NCBI RefSeq assembly: GCF_026210795.1
Contig: NC_089430.1
Location: 3,038,001-3,102,000, forward strand
DNA: 64,000 bases
Origin: Rhizophagus irregularis
Taxonomy: Eukaryota
Reading direction: 5' to 3'
Within the stretch, counting starts at the first letter, position 1, and every line of letters starts with the position of its first letter. Positions 52,690 through 64,000 of this stretch are shown here, piece by piece. The notes beneath the pieces were generated by a model that did not search any database, was not told the origin of the DNA, and saw nothing but the letters and a program-made list of their open reading frames with translations. The translations under genes and the position numbers were made by a program.

Positions 52690-53096
52690 AAGAAAAAATA
52701 CATACTATGTATGGATTTGCTGAGCGATTTCTTTAACAATGCAATGCGGTCGAAGCAGTTCCTACTTACGGCTTGAAATGGCAGTTCGATGGGAATGAAT
52801 AACTAGGACTACGAATATGTTCCTCAACTGGTAATTCAGTGAAATATTTCAAAATCTTTTTTATTGCGAACAGCTCGTTATTGTCATTGAGTGTGAGATT
52901 CTTCAATGGATCATTAAAGTGATCATCACCAATTTCTACCTTCTATAGCCTGAGCTTGTTTGCATCCACACCAGCAAAGTCATTCTGTTTTTTCACTTTT
53001 ATACTAGCCTCCTTGAGGTGGCTGACAGCCTTTCCACTATCAATATCAACTGCAAAAGTATTTGCGGTGGTATTTCCTTTTACAAGAGATAGACAT
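52690..53096 (-). pseudogene. Crinkler (CRN)-family N-terminal ubiquitin-like domain, disrupted
   Basis: MSI/LVKGNTTANTFAVDIDSGKAVSHLKEA..KQNDFAGVDANKLRL*KVEI..., with a frameshift and a TAG in the Trp position. The C-terminal part probably continues leftward. Confidence 0.75.
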
Positions 53097-54180
53097 AATG
53101 ACTTTTATAGTAACTTTTGTAAAATTTTATTGGTGGAAATTTACGTATGTGAGGACAAGAGTAAAAAAAAATTATTTGAGGAAAAAAAATACCAAGTGGT
53201 ACTATATGTGAGAAATTCAGCTGTTGCATAAGCTTTATCATGTGACTCATTTATTTTGTCACACAGGAGTACATGCATGTGGTACGAAACCTCAAAGATA
53301 AGGATGATCATCAGTCCTACCGGTCCTACTTAGGTTCTGGACTGGTCAGTCCTCAGACTTGTAAGACCGGACTACGGTCTTGCATTTTTTGTTTTGGTAC
53401 AGTAAGAGGACTGGTCCTCCCCAAGACCGACCAGTCCTCATATCGGTTTTCATATAATAAATGATTTTTATATTGAATAAATCTATTAATCTGATGAAGG
53501 TCTTTATAAAATAATATAAAGACTGACCAATTCTAAACCAATAAACAATAACAATCACTTCTCCCCACTTGTAGAGTTGCCTGTCAAAAGTAATATCCAA
53601 ACCCATTTTTTTTGTAACATAAATCATCTGTGAGCTTCTCAAGTGGAAGTTTAGTATATTTTACAGGGTATAATAAATGCGCATGAAAAAGGTAATAATA
53701 GTAACATGTGAATATTTTTGTATATTTTGAAGAACTTTAATTAACCTATCTAGTTTCCTAATAATAATTATATTTATTGGTGCTCGATATTATCTTAAGA
53801 ATTTAATATTATATATTGCGTCTGATATATCTGCATTATTCTATGATCATAGGATTATCTTTTCGATCAAAATTTTTGTCAAAGGTGATAGTAAATGAAC
53901 AATTTTTTACTCGTTGATAAAGACATACTATGATTATTTGTATTCTTGATATGATAGATAAGGATCGATAAACTATCTTAATTTGGCTTTTCCAATGATA
54001 AGACCGTGACTCCTGAGTCACACTTGCTTCATTTCATTGTGCATATATCACGTAGAACATGATTTATTTTATTTTTGTTATGAAAAAAATAAAAAATAAA
54101 AGTGAACTAGTATCCTTCAAGAACTTTATATAAAACTGTTAAACGTATTTGAATTAATAATAAAGATCAATATTTTATTA

Positions 54181-54368
54181 CAGTCAGACCTCCATAATTG
54201 CACACCCCTTAGGACCATATGCATAATTTTCAAAATAGTGCATTTAAAGAGGGTGTGCATTTATAGAAGTAAAATAATTAGAGATCATATAAGCACCAGA
54301 AGGTGCATTTAGAGAGGGTATACATAGTGGATGCAATTATGGAGAGAGCAATTATAGAGGTCTGACTG
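54181..54368. mobile_element. Tc1/mariner (pogo-like) MITE
   Basis: TA|CAGTCAGACCTCCATAATTGC ... GCAATTATAGAGGTCTGACTG|TA. Confidence 0.85.
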
Positions 54369-54704
54369 TATATCATATATGAAAATAAAATACAATCACA
54401 ATGTAAAACATGAAGAAAATACCTGTTAAAAAATATTAATTATTAAGTATACGTTTTTGATGCAAAGCCTTACAAACTCCACTCATACTGGAACTAATTC
54501 GTTCAACTTCAGAAAGGAGACCAATGATCTTTGTGTTAATTGTTTTTATTGTTTCTTTTATTTTCTCTATTTCTTCCGTATTTCTTTCACAGAATTTTAA
54601 AAATTCTGAGCCGTCACTACTTCAACAGATGAGAAGGTGGAATCCACTAAAAAAAGTAATTTAAATTACAGTCAGTTCAGTGTAATGAAAGCCATTTTAA
54701 TAAG

Positions 54705-54895
54705 TGCTAACCTTGTGTTTCTTTGAGTTTTTCCACTAATTTCATAATACCCGTTACATGTCCTACTTTTATTTTAGGCGATTCGCTAATAAGCTCCATT
54801 TTAGTTAACAAGAGAAAAGATTTTCCATCAATTTCTTGATCGTAAATTTTTTTATGTCCTCGTCGTTAAGGTTGCTTGTCTAAACCTCTTCAAAA
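54705..54895 (-). pseudogene. SAM-like domain remnant
   Basis: Frameshifted LNDEDIKK/IYDQEIDGKSFLLLTKMELISESPKIKVGHVTGIMKLVEKL. Confidence 0.45.
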
Positions 54896-57800
54896 TCCTA
54901 TGATTAGTTTCATCAAAATTTTACTATAGATTTATTATAGTTTCGGTAGAGTTTCGGCAGTTTCAGCATTTATAATAAGTTTCAGCAGTTTCGCCTTTCT
55001 CCAAAGTTTCGCCAGTTTTTTAATATAACTTTAATATAGTTTCAGCAGAATTTCGCTTTTTGGCGAAACGCCAACTTGCCTAAACCCCTAGGTTTTGGCA
55101 AGCAACCTTACTCGTCGTTATATTTTGAACTGTTAATGTGCTTCTCAAGATATTGTTTAACATGTTCAGGGGACCATAAAAATTCTAATGATGTTATAAA
55201 TAATGTGCAATCTGAGGTTCAGAAAACTAGAAGAGGTACTACCTTTTATTTTAGTTGTCAGATAAAAATTAATAACGAGCATTCTACTTTTAACAGGACA
55301 TTTATTAAACCGGTTATTCGATAGAATCAAAACTCCTAAAGGAAAATTTCAAATAAAAAATGGTGATAAAGTCTTTTATCAAGATGAAGAAGTCGGTGAA
55401 GCTGTGATTACAGATGAAAAAAAGATTCTAAGATGTAAAATTATATTAACTGATGAATTTCTTAATTGTACTAATGAAACTGACCTTCTAAGGGCATGTA
55501 ATGGAGGGGTAAGTTCAAATTTCATTTTTTTACATATTTAGTTCTAATCCATTAACCTCACATCATCATTGTGATATAAATCTAGTCTCGGCCATCTTCG
55601 GGTGCCATTGATAATGTCCGCTTTCATATCCGCATTAATGAATGGAGTTTCTCTGATTTGAAGGATCTGGTGAAAAAATAGTGATAGAGATTTTATTAGA
55701 AAAAATTCAAGGACTGGCAGCTTCTTCATATGTCTATGTGAAATGATATTACCATGACTGATATTATCAGAGTCATGATTCGAAGATTGCAAATGAGAGT
55801 TTAAATGCCTCTGCAATAAGATTTGTATTTACCTTTTTTTTGTTAATAAATAACGTTTGCATCTTATCACATACGCCAGTCTTTGTTTTTGATCGTTTAA
55901 AATATTCTTATAACGTGATTTTTTGTCCAGTGGCGTGTTATACACACTCGTGTCAACAATGAGTACGTATGGAGAGTACCTTATTTGATGGAAAAATATA
56001 TGCTAAATGATTGATGAAAAAGCGAGATGCGTATTAACCATATATGTATTGTAATAAATTCATTTCATGGTATGGTATAACAGTTACCTATTTCGTGATC
56101 CAACAACGAGACTGTGATATTTCATTTTGATATAGCTGCGCATGTATCACGTAGGACGAAATCTGTTATATTTTTTTTGCAGCCTATATAAGAATTTGTA
56201 ACCGTGAACTAGAAGAGTGCTTTCTCTGGAATTGTGTAATACGCAGAAATAATTTTAAATAAGTACAGTAGATTGAAAGACCAACCGAGTTAGAAATTAT
56301 GGCCTACACACAGCAATATTCGGTTAACGAGGTATGCGATTAAAAAAATATGTAAGTGTATTAATTATAATATCTGTCTTGCTTACATTATGAAATAATG
56401 CCCTTCAGGCATTCCTGTTATTTATCTGGTTGGACACTAGTATTCTTACTTGTGTACAATGGACTTTTCGAAGAAAAGGCAGTGTCAAAGGGGGCACTGT
56501 GAGGGACATGTTATAACAAGAAAGTTATTGTAACTCACTTTACAAACGGGGATTCGAAAATGTGTGTATCTTCTATTTATTTTAAGTATGCCAATAGGAC
56601 TTACAACACAATAAGAAGGGGGTAGTTAATTACTGGAGAGAAATTGGTCATTAAAAATTGTGGGGATATAAGAAAGAGGATCTATTTTTTCACATATTGC
56701 CTTGGAATTTTAGAAAAAGAATTACCACTTCATAGTGTTCGACTGCAATCAATATCACAAATAGGTACGTGTTTTGGTAAACTTGCGGAGTTGGATTTAC
56801 ATTAATTGTTGATAGCTAATCGAAATCGGGTAGTAACGATCAAATAACAATGTCAACACTATTATCTTGGATTCATTTGTTGTCAATAGCTAGTAAGCAT
56901 ATAATCGACGAACTTCTCTGTCATTGTTCGAAATTCGAATTCTTATTCTTGATGATGCAAGTGATTCTGGAACAATATCGCTAGTTGTTACACAAGACAT
57001 GCGCTATCATAGCATAGCAAGGAGTAGAGTAGTCTATAGAACATTTAGGTTACGAGGTAAATCCTTCTTAGAAATCATATCATTACCCAGATATAGTCCG
57101 ATAACTAAGTGTAGCTCTCGTGTATAATCATTAGTTTGCAATCAGTAGGAGACTGCTCGAAGGGCGTAAATACTTATAACGAATTTTTAGATCAATGTAA
57201 TAGGAAGCAAATTATCTTATTTGCGTTGTTCTATTACGATTGTGGTACGGTTAATAAAATATTGGATTATTAATGGATAACGATTTTTGTCTTGTGTGGT
57301 GTAGTAAAAAATTGGATCAACGACAGAGAGCGGTTTATTATATGTACGGAAACAATATATTATTGAAAGAATAGGAATAAGTAAAATAGGAACTATGATT
57401 GCATAAACGATTTTATTAGATGTGTTGCCTATGATCTCTGAGTGATTTATCCATCAAAAGTGTGTAACGGGGCACCGCAAAGTAATAATTAGAAAACAAT
57501 GTTAACGAAGATTTACAGGGCAAAGATCACGCAATCGCATCGTTCTGATACATATATATGTTTTCATTAATATGTTAATTAGAATAAAAATTTGATGTAC
57601 AGTACATCAAAACCTCTCAAAAATAAATTTTTCGAGTGAAAGTTTTCATTATTTCCTTGGTTCCAGGGAATTTTTCGCTAAAACAACTGGATTATCTCCC
57701 GCAGGAGCTAATGCTTCAAGGGAGGCATTGATTCGATTTCAAAACTTTAGCTATAACATAGTCAATATCCTCCACGCTTAACCTCGAAATAAACGATGCG

Positions 57801-57995
57801 GAAAAAACAATATGTAGAATATATGTTAATATTTTCACAGATAAAATGAATATTTCACAATGCATTTTATTTTTTTGTATTAAGTAACTAAGCAGTGTGC
57901 TTCAGAATCAAACTAATTATCAATCAGTTATCTCCATCAATTAACAATAAGAGTTTACTTTACTGAATAATTTCCACCTAATAGCAAGCATAAAA

Positions 57996-59093
57996 CTAAA
58001 TCAGTGAATTTACTTTCTTGAACGCTTCTTTCTTGAACTCTTCTTTTTTGAACTCTTCTTTTTTTTCTCTTAAGAATGCATGGGACCTGAGAGAAAATAA
58101 ATAGTTATAAAAAATAATAATTTTTAAAATGAGCAATTTATTCATACCATAATCAGCTTCAACAGGTTCAGCAGCTACAACAATATTCCCTGTATCAGAT
58201 TCTATGATCCATCGCATCCATTTAAGCTCAAATCCCTTTGTCACTCTTTCCACTCCTTCTAAGTAATCCCCATGAAACACTAATGTACTTGACATACCGT
58301 CCAAATTAAACACGCGGCCGAAGCAGTCCAGGAAAAGTATTCCGCAGTTTTGTTGCCCAATTATTATGATATGATCGAATCCATATTCCATAACTTCCTC
58401 AATGTAACAGTTAAGTTCTTCTTTTATATACTTGATATAATCTTCTTGATCTTTATCGTAGATCTTATAACCAAGTGAATTTGCAATATAGCAACGGTTA
58501 GGCTTCATAATTGTATCGATTGTAATTGGTAAATTGTTACGATACCCATGTCCATCATCGAACTCATCACTTGGGAACACTTGGCACAAGGAGGTATCAC
58601 ACTCATTGCTCCAAATTTTAGGTAGATCGTTCGGCAGTACAAGGTTGCAGGTCTTTTTCTTGTACCGTGCATTGCCCCCAGGGGTATTGACTCGGAGCAA
58701 TGGCCCCAATTGTTCGTACAGAAACTGGATCTTCTTTGAGGATTCTGAGAGCACTGTTCGAGTGCCGGTATTGCCTTTACCCTTTCCGTCGCTATATCCA
58801 GGTTGGTGAGTGTTGTTATTGACGTTAGTTCCCCACTGCGAACCGACGCTCCGAACATGATTCGTATTATCTTCTCTTTTTCCACCGAAATCATCAAATT
58901 CACTGTTGATGGACGGTTTAGAACATTCAATTCCATCATAATGATTTTGTCGACCAGGAAATATTGCATTTTGGCAAGGTATAACAGCTTGTTTTGATAA
59001 CTCATCTCTCGTGAACTCATCTTCTTCATTATATAGTGTGCCCACAATAGACACACTACGTCCCAAATCGTTATCATTAGAATTGGTCGACAA
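57996..59093 (-). CDS. Hypothetical protein with a possible C-terminal SUKH/US22-like domain; start and 3' exon uncertain
   Basis: Long open frame with higher GC; IIIIGQQNCGILFLDCFGRVFNLDGMSSTLVFHGDYLE. The ORF starts at TTG. Probable 3' intron at ~58088-58148. Confidence 0.6.
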   Translation of the reverse strand: MSTNSNDNDLGRSVSIVGTLYNEEDEFTRDELSKQAVIPCQNAIFPGRQNHYDGIECSKPSINSEFDDFGGKREDNTNHVRSVGSQWGTNVNNNTHQPGYSDGKGKGNTGTRTVLSESSKKIQFLYEQLGPLLRVNTPGGNARYKKKTCNLVLPNDLPKIWSNECDTSLCQVFPSDEFDDGHGYRNNLPITIDTIMKPNRCYIANSLGYKIYDKDQEDYIKYIKEELNCYIEEVMEYGFDHIIIIGQQNCGILFLDCFGRVFNLDGMSSTLVFHGDYLEGVERVTKGFELKWMRWIIESDTGNIVVAAEPVEADYGMNKLLILKIIIFYNYLFSLRSHAFLREKKEEFKKEEFKKEAFKKVNSLI

Positions 59094-59847
59094 AAAGGTG
59101 TTCTTACCATAATTCCCTTGGTCCCGAATGGCGTTACAGTTTTTTGAGTCCTACATAAAAAAATTTGTTGAGTATATTTTCTTTGTCTTTTGAAAACTAA
59201 TATAAAATCAGGCAGTTGTATTATATGAATACATATATATATATATATATATAAGATACTGTACATGAATGGTATCACAAAATAATCTATCAATCATGGC
59301 TCTTGTAATTTAAAACACCAAGAAAGAGCGTTTAAACTTGATTAATAGCGTGAGTCACATCTATTTTACTAATCTTAAAATTATACTCAACTGCCATTTA
59401 AAGTTAGATTAGTTAGATTATGTAAATATACCCCTTGGTATGGGACAATTAGACTTTTGTTTTAATTGTATACTGGCGCAGAATACTTAAATTATTGATA
59501 ATCTCTTCACCGTGATCATATCTGGACAATCAACTAGAGATGTTTATACCTATGAAACTAATTCTTTTCGCAACAACTCTAAAGTGCAATTAACTTAGGA
59601 TGACGATCAAGAAGGTGCACTGGGTTACACAATTCCCAATAATTCGATTAATCGTGGCGTATTACTATCTTTGTTATCGTTATTTACTGATGACATAGTA
59701 ATTATTGCACTTCACCAATAAAGATTATGTCATGGTAGAGGCTATTTTCTTTACATTACGAAATAAACAAAGAACTTCCTTATCGATAACCTCTTCGACT
59801 GTGATCGTATATGCGATTATAGCGTCCAACCTCTACACTATTAATCT

Positions 59848-60920
59848 AGGACCCGGATAATTATAATAGAGGTCACATCCGCAGTACTAATTAAAAATCT
59901 AATGGAATATACATAAATTTTGCATACATTTTTATCATATGACCTTATTTTGTACTATAAATATCCTTTTTTATCATATGACTTCGATATAATTTTTTTA
60001 CTAAAAAAAATAGGTCAAAATTTTTTATTTTATATTAAAATTATACAGCATTATCATCTGGTTTAAACATATAAGCAATTTCGCCAATATAATCTCTTTC
60101 TTTATTATATATAGTTAATTTTTAGCTGAATCCAAAGCCACATTGGAAAAATAATAATCTTCTTCAAAAATTTTTTGACCAAGATAAAAATCCGAAAATT
60201 TCATTGATTCTACAATCAAAATTGTAATTCTAAGGTTTGGTTTGCATTAAAGATTAAAGATATCGAATTTAGTAAACAATCCCCATTAGAAAAGACAGCT
60301 GCAGAAGTTAAGTGTGAATATTGCAAAGAAGGATTTTTCAGCAGTATTATCAATTCTGGCTAACGGAGCATAAGGAGTATCAAAAGTAATAGAAAAGATA
60401 TCAGATATATTATTTGAAACATAAGCTTGAACAGAATGAATATTAGGAGGTGGAATTGTAGAAAGAAACCTATTAATGTCTAAAAGTTTCTTGATATATC
60501 ATTTTGCATTGATGTTAAAGACAAAAATTAAAACACGAAAACGCGTGTCTTAACATTTTAAAAGTAATTAACGGTAAATCATGTTGAATTTTCGGTAAAT
60601 TTATCTGACATGACAAGCAAATAAATTTAATAAATTTAGATAATTATTACATTGTGGTAAAAAAATAATAAAATTTATTATGGTAAAATTATCTCAAGTA
60701 ATTCCCCCTAAAATATACGCAAATTACATGTGACCTAAAAATTTTACATAAAATTCTATACTTTTTTTACTGTGACCTAATTCAGGGGTACTCTATTTTT
60801 GCATATGACTTATGCTTTAAAATACCCGCTTTTGCATATGACCTTTTCATTAAAAATTCAAAAAAATATATTTTTTTGTATATGACCTTTATTATAATTG
60901 TTATAATTGTCCGGGGTCCT
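59848..60920. mobile_element. AGGACCC(C)GG-TIR element with ATATGACCT subterminal repeats and a decayed internal ORF (- strand, ~60045-60495)
   Basis: AGGACCCGGATAATTATAA / TTATAATTGTCCGGGGTCCT; flanks ATTAATCT / ATTAATCC; about 7 (A)TRTGACYT motifs. Confidence 0.75.
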
Positions 60921-63900
60921 ATTAATCCTATAAAAAATTATAATTATAATTACATGGGTATTCTTTCCGTGATCAGATAATACGTTCAATAATGATATGA
61001 CCAAAAAATTTTTTCGAATAATCGCCTCCCATGCACTAATTATTCGTATGTTACCCATCAGATTTCAATTATCCGATGTCACCACTCACCAGTCCACTAA
61101 CTAAATATAATAAAATACAATAATAGTACGGATGCATAAAATATAAATACCTTGTGACCAGATAGAATATATTCTTCCTGTACATCATCGCACTCGAGAG
61201 TGGAGATAGTTAGATATACTCCATATACGGTATTAGTCTCATTAATTACAAAAAATATCATTATATCCCCGTCTGAACCTTTTTTCATTCATGTGGATCA
61301 CTATTCACTAGTGTAGTTAAATAGCAAGCGGAATACGTTTCTTATTTTTGTTAATAACGTTTGCTAAAAGAACAATATACAGATTATACAATAATAGGAC
61401 CACATATTTGAAATACCAATAGCGCATGGTAGTTTATTATACGGTTGACATTTGAGCTAAGAGACTAGTATATTCAACACTTTTACAGAGTAAATTTCAT
61501 ATCTACTAAGTGATGTTCTATATGTTAGTGTACGAGATTAACAGAGAAAAAATAATGCTGACGGAATTAATTTACGTTTATCTGTTAGTAGTTTATTATT
61601 GGGTATGAATTATAGAAAAATCTTTTGCATCGCTACTTGCTAAAATAAAATTGACAGCCTCGTGTTATTGTCGGAAATTGCAAAGCTCCCCCCTGTTACA
61701 TATTGTATTTACAGAGTCTGTTCTAGGTAATCGAAACTAAATGCAGTTCTACTTAAAGTTTTGACTATTGTTTGCGATTACTAAAACTAAAGAGGATGCA
61801 GAGCAAGTACTCAGTCCGCAACATTTTTATTTTTTTCTATATGGAACTCCTTATTACATCACATTCTTATCGTAATTGAATAAAACTATCCGGAAATAGA
61901 AATTTTAACGCAGTCGTAGCAGGATTGTGTAACGAAATGAAAATCTGAAAGGATTCGCTACACAAATCTAGCACTGATATCATTTCATACAAACCTATAT
62001 AGAATAGATAAGTCGGTTCTAAGGCTCAGTATACTTGAGTAGTTACATCGTTGGTCACGAAACATCTAATGTGATAATTTTCCCAGAGAGTAGGGCAAGA
62101 GCCCCTTGGCTGGGCAAAGCCCACGATCAGTGTAAAGTATCATGTGTTTTCGCAGTAGGTAACAGTTGTCCACTAATATTCAACTCGCAGTAGTAACTCA
62201 TAAAACACAGATCACATTCATCACAGCGGACAATATGTAGTTAAAATAGTTTGTCAGATAACAATGAGCATATTTTTTACATATTAGAAGTCCCATGGGC
62301 GTTTAGAAATCATGTGGTAATATTGTTTTTATTTCTTTGTTCGGAAAAAACGGTAATGAAGTTCAGTACCCTCGATCAGAGTTGTTATCATGCGAGACAG
62401 TAGATACTTGTGATATAATTGAAAGTTTTCGTCCCATAGCAGTATGGATCAGTTGCCATCAATAACCCGAAAGCTTTTCGTGCATGTTTTTTTTCCATTA
62501 TGATTGTTTTGTCCATTTGTCTTTGACACCTTTAGGCGAATCTCTTCAGTGAAACTAAACAAAACAACAGCATGTCTAGGCGGGACTACAAAGTAGAAAC
62601 CCGTAGAATTTTTTATCTATGGCAATGAACATAGCTCATATAGGGGATATGGAGAAACTATCGTAGGTGCAACACATAAAATGTAGAAACTTTTGGTAGG
62701 ATAGTATATTAAAATCAAAAAAATTCAATTGTGATTTTTATTGTAAATAAAATTATGTTGAAAATTATGTTGAAAATAAAAACAAAATATAAATTACAAA
62801 AAAATGCACATTAACCCTTTGATTATTACCCTATATCAATCAACGATGTAACTATGGATAATTACATTACAAAAGTAATCATGATTTCATCAATTTGATA
62901 TTTGCTGATCAGATCTATATTCATTTAGTAATAACATTGATGAAGTGAAAAATTAATGACATGGCACAGTAATTTCATAAAAAAAAATGCCACAACTTTC
63001 CCAATATTCAAGCCAGTTTAATGAAAATTTAATATTAAAACTATTCCATTCCTGCAGCACAACTTTCTTAGTCTTTTCAGACCTGTTTTATTTAAACAAT
63101 ATGTTGAAATTACGCTGTAAAGTGAAAAAAAAAAGATTATTACAAAAAAATATTTATATCTCTGTAAATATCCAATATAGCTTAATGAAAATTGACATCT
63201 GAATAGTTCCATACCTGTTAATTAGTTTTCAAATCCTGATTCGTTTAATCAAAGTGCTAAATTTACGATATAAAGTGAAAAATAAACGCGCGCGGAACAG
63301 TAATTCATGCGAAAATACCTGACATCTAAATAAAGATTTCATAGCTGTTGAGTATAAAATATGTTACCAATTTTGAAGGAAAATAGAAAAAAAGGAATGA
63401 GATACATTATTGATTTATCATGATTGATGAAACAATAAATAGCCAAAATTTGTGAGTCAAAATATGTAGCGTACATACAATAAATCAAAAGCCTCCAGTG
63501 ACGTATTTAAAGATTTGACTAACGCATAATAAAAAATATCAAATTCATCGTATATTTAGGAAATTATTACATAATGCAAAACAAAGTAACAACATAAAAA
63601 GAAATAACTTACCCTTTTCAAAAGTTTACCAAGATCCTTTATAATTGATGGAAAATTGCGAAGAGACAATCTGCTTTGTGACGAACAATAGATAATCCTC
63701 TTTTATATCGACATTACAACTTCACCATATTTCAAATCTTAAAGTTGAAAAGATACAGTATTACTAAAAAGTGTCAAATGAATATCCAAATTCGACGAAT
63801 TCGACGCAGCCGATTATCATAGGTAATTGTACTACTATCTTCCTATAATAGTATTATTATAATGGTTACTAAAATAATGAATAGATGATAGTTGACTAAA

Positions 63901-64000
63901 TTTGCATAAATTAAATATTACAACCTTGAAAATTCGTTGAGTATTTTGAATATTTCGATTAATGATATTAAGACGGTCTTGAATATTGATTCATGATATT

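Noticed and set aside
53299..53510. GGACTGGTC-repeat MITE-like segment (similarly AGTTTCRGCA repeats at 54900-55090)
   Set aside because: Probably TE debris, but matching TIRs and TSDs could not be defined.
58505..59293. 262-aa overlapping ORF
   Set aside because: It is an alternative frame that starts in a TA microsatellite region and has no recognisable motifs.
60930..64000. Short ORFs in the right-hand region (also 43035-43450, 46914-47224, 55076-57127)
   Set aside because: Short, often non-ATG starts, with no consistent splice structure or domains.

Overview
Very AT-rich, intron-containing eukaryotic DNA. The gene families present (single-exon F-box/LRR paralogues, a Crinkler N-terminus, SAM domains, PolB relics) suggest an arbuscular mycorrhizal fungus of the Rhizophagus type; this is an inference. 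Apparently intact host genes: an uncharacterised 5-exon membrane protein (14.1-16.5 kb), F-box/LRR genes (two full length, one truncated), two S10 serine carboxypeptidases, a secreted S41 peptidase and a possible SUKH/US22-like protein. The rest is mostly mobile DNA: a decayed Polinton/Maverick-type PolB with a subterminal repeat array, a two-gene IS630/Tc1-type element with CACAG ends, a Tc1 element and its non-autonomous derivative, many MITEs with resolvable TSDs, a nad5 NUMT and effector-like pseudogenes. The two most notable observations are (1) a ~90-bp internal module with a recombinase-site-like 13-7-13 dyad shared by three unrelated TIR families and (2) the two-gene DD34E element with an accessory Zn/SAM gene and no TA duplication. 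All alignments were done by eye.
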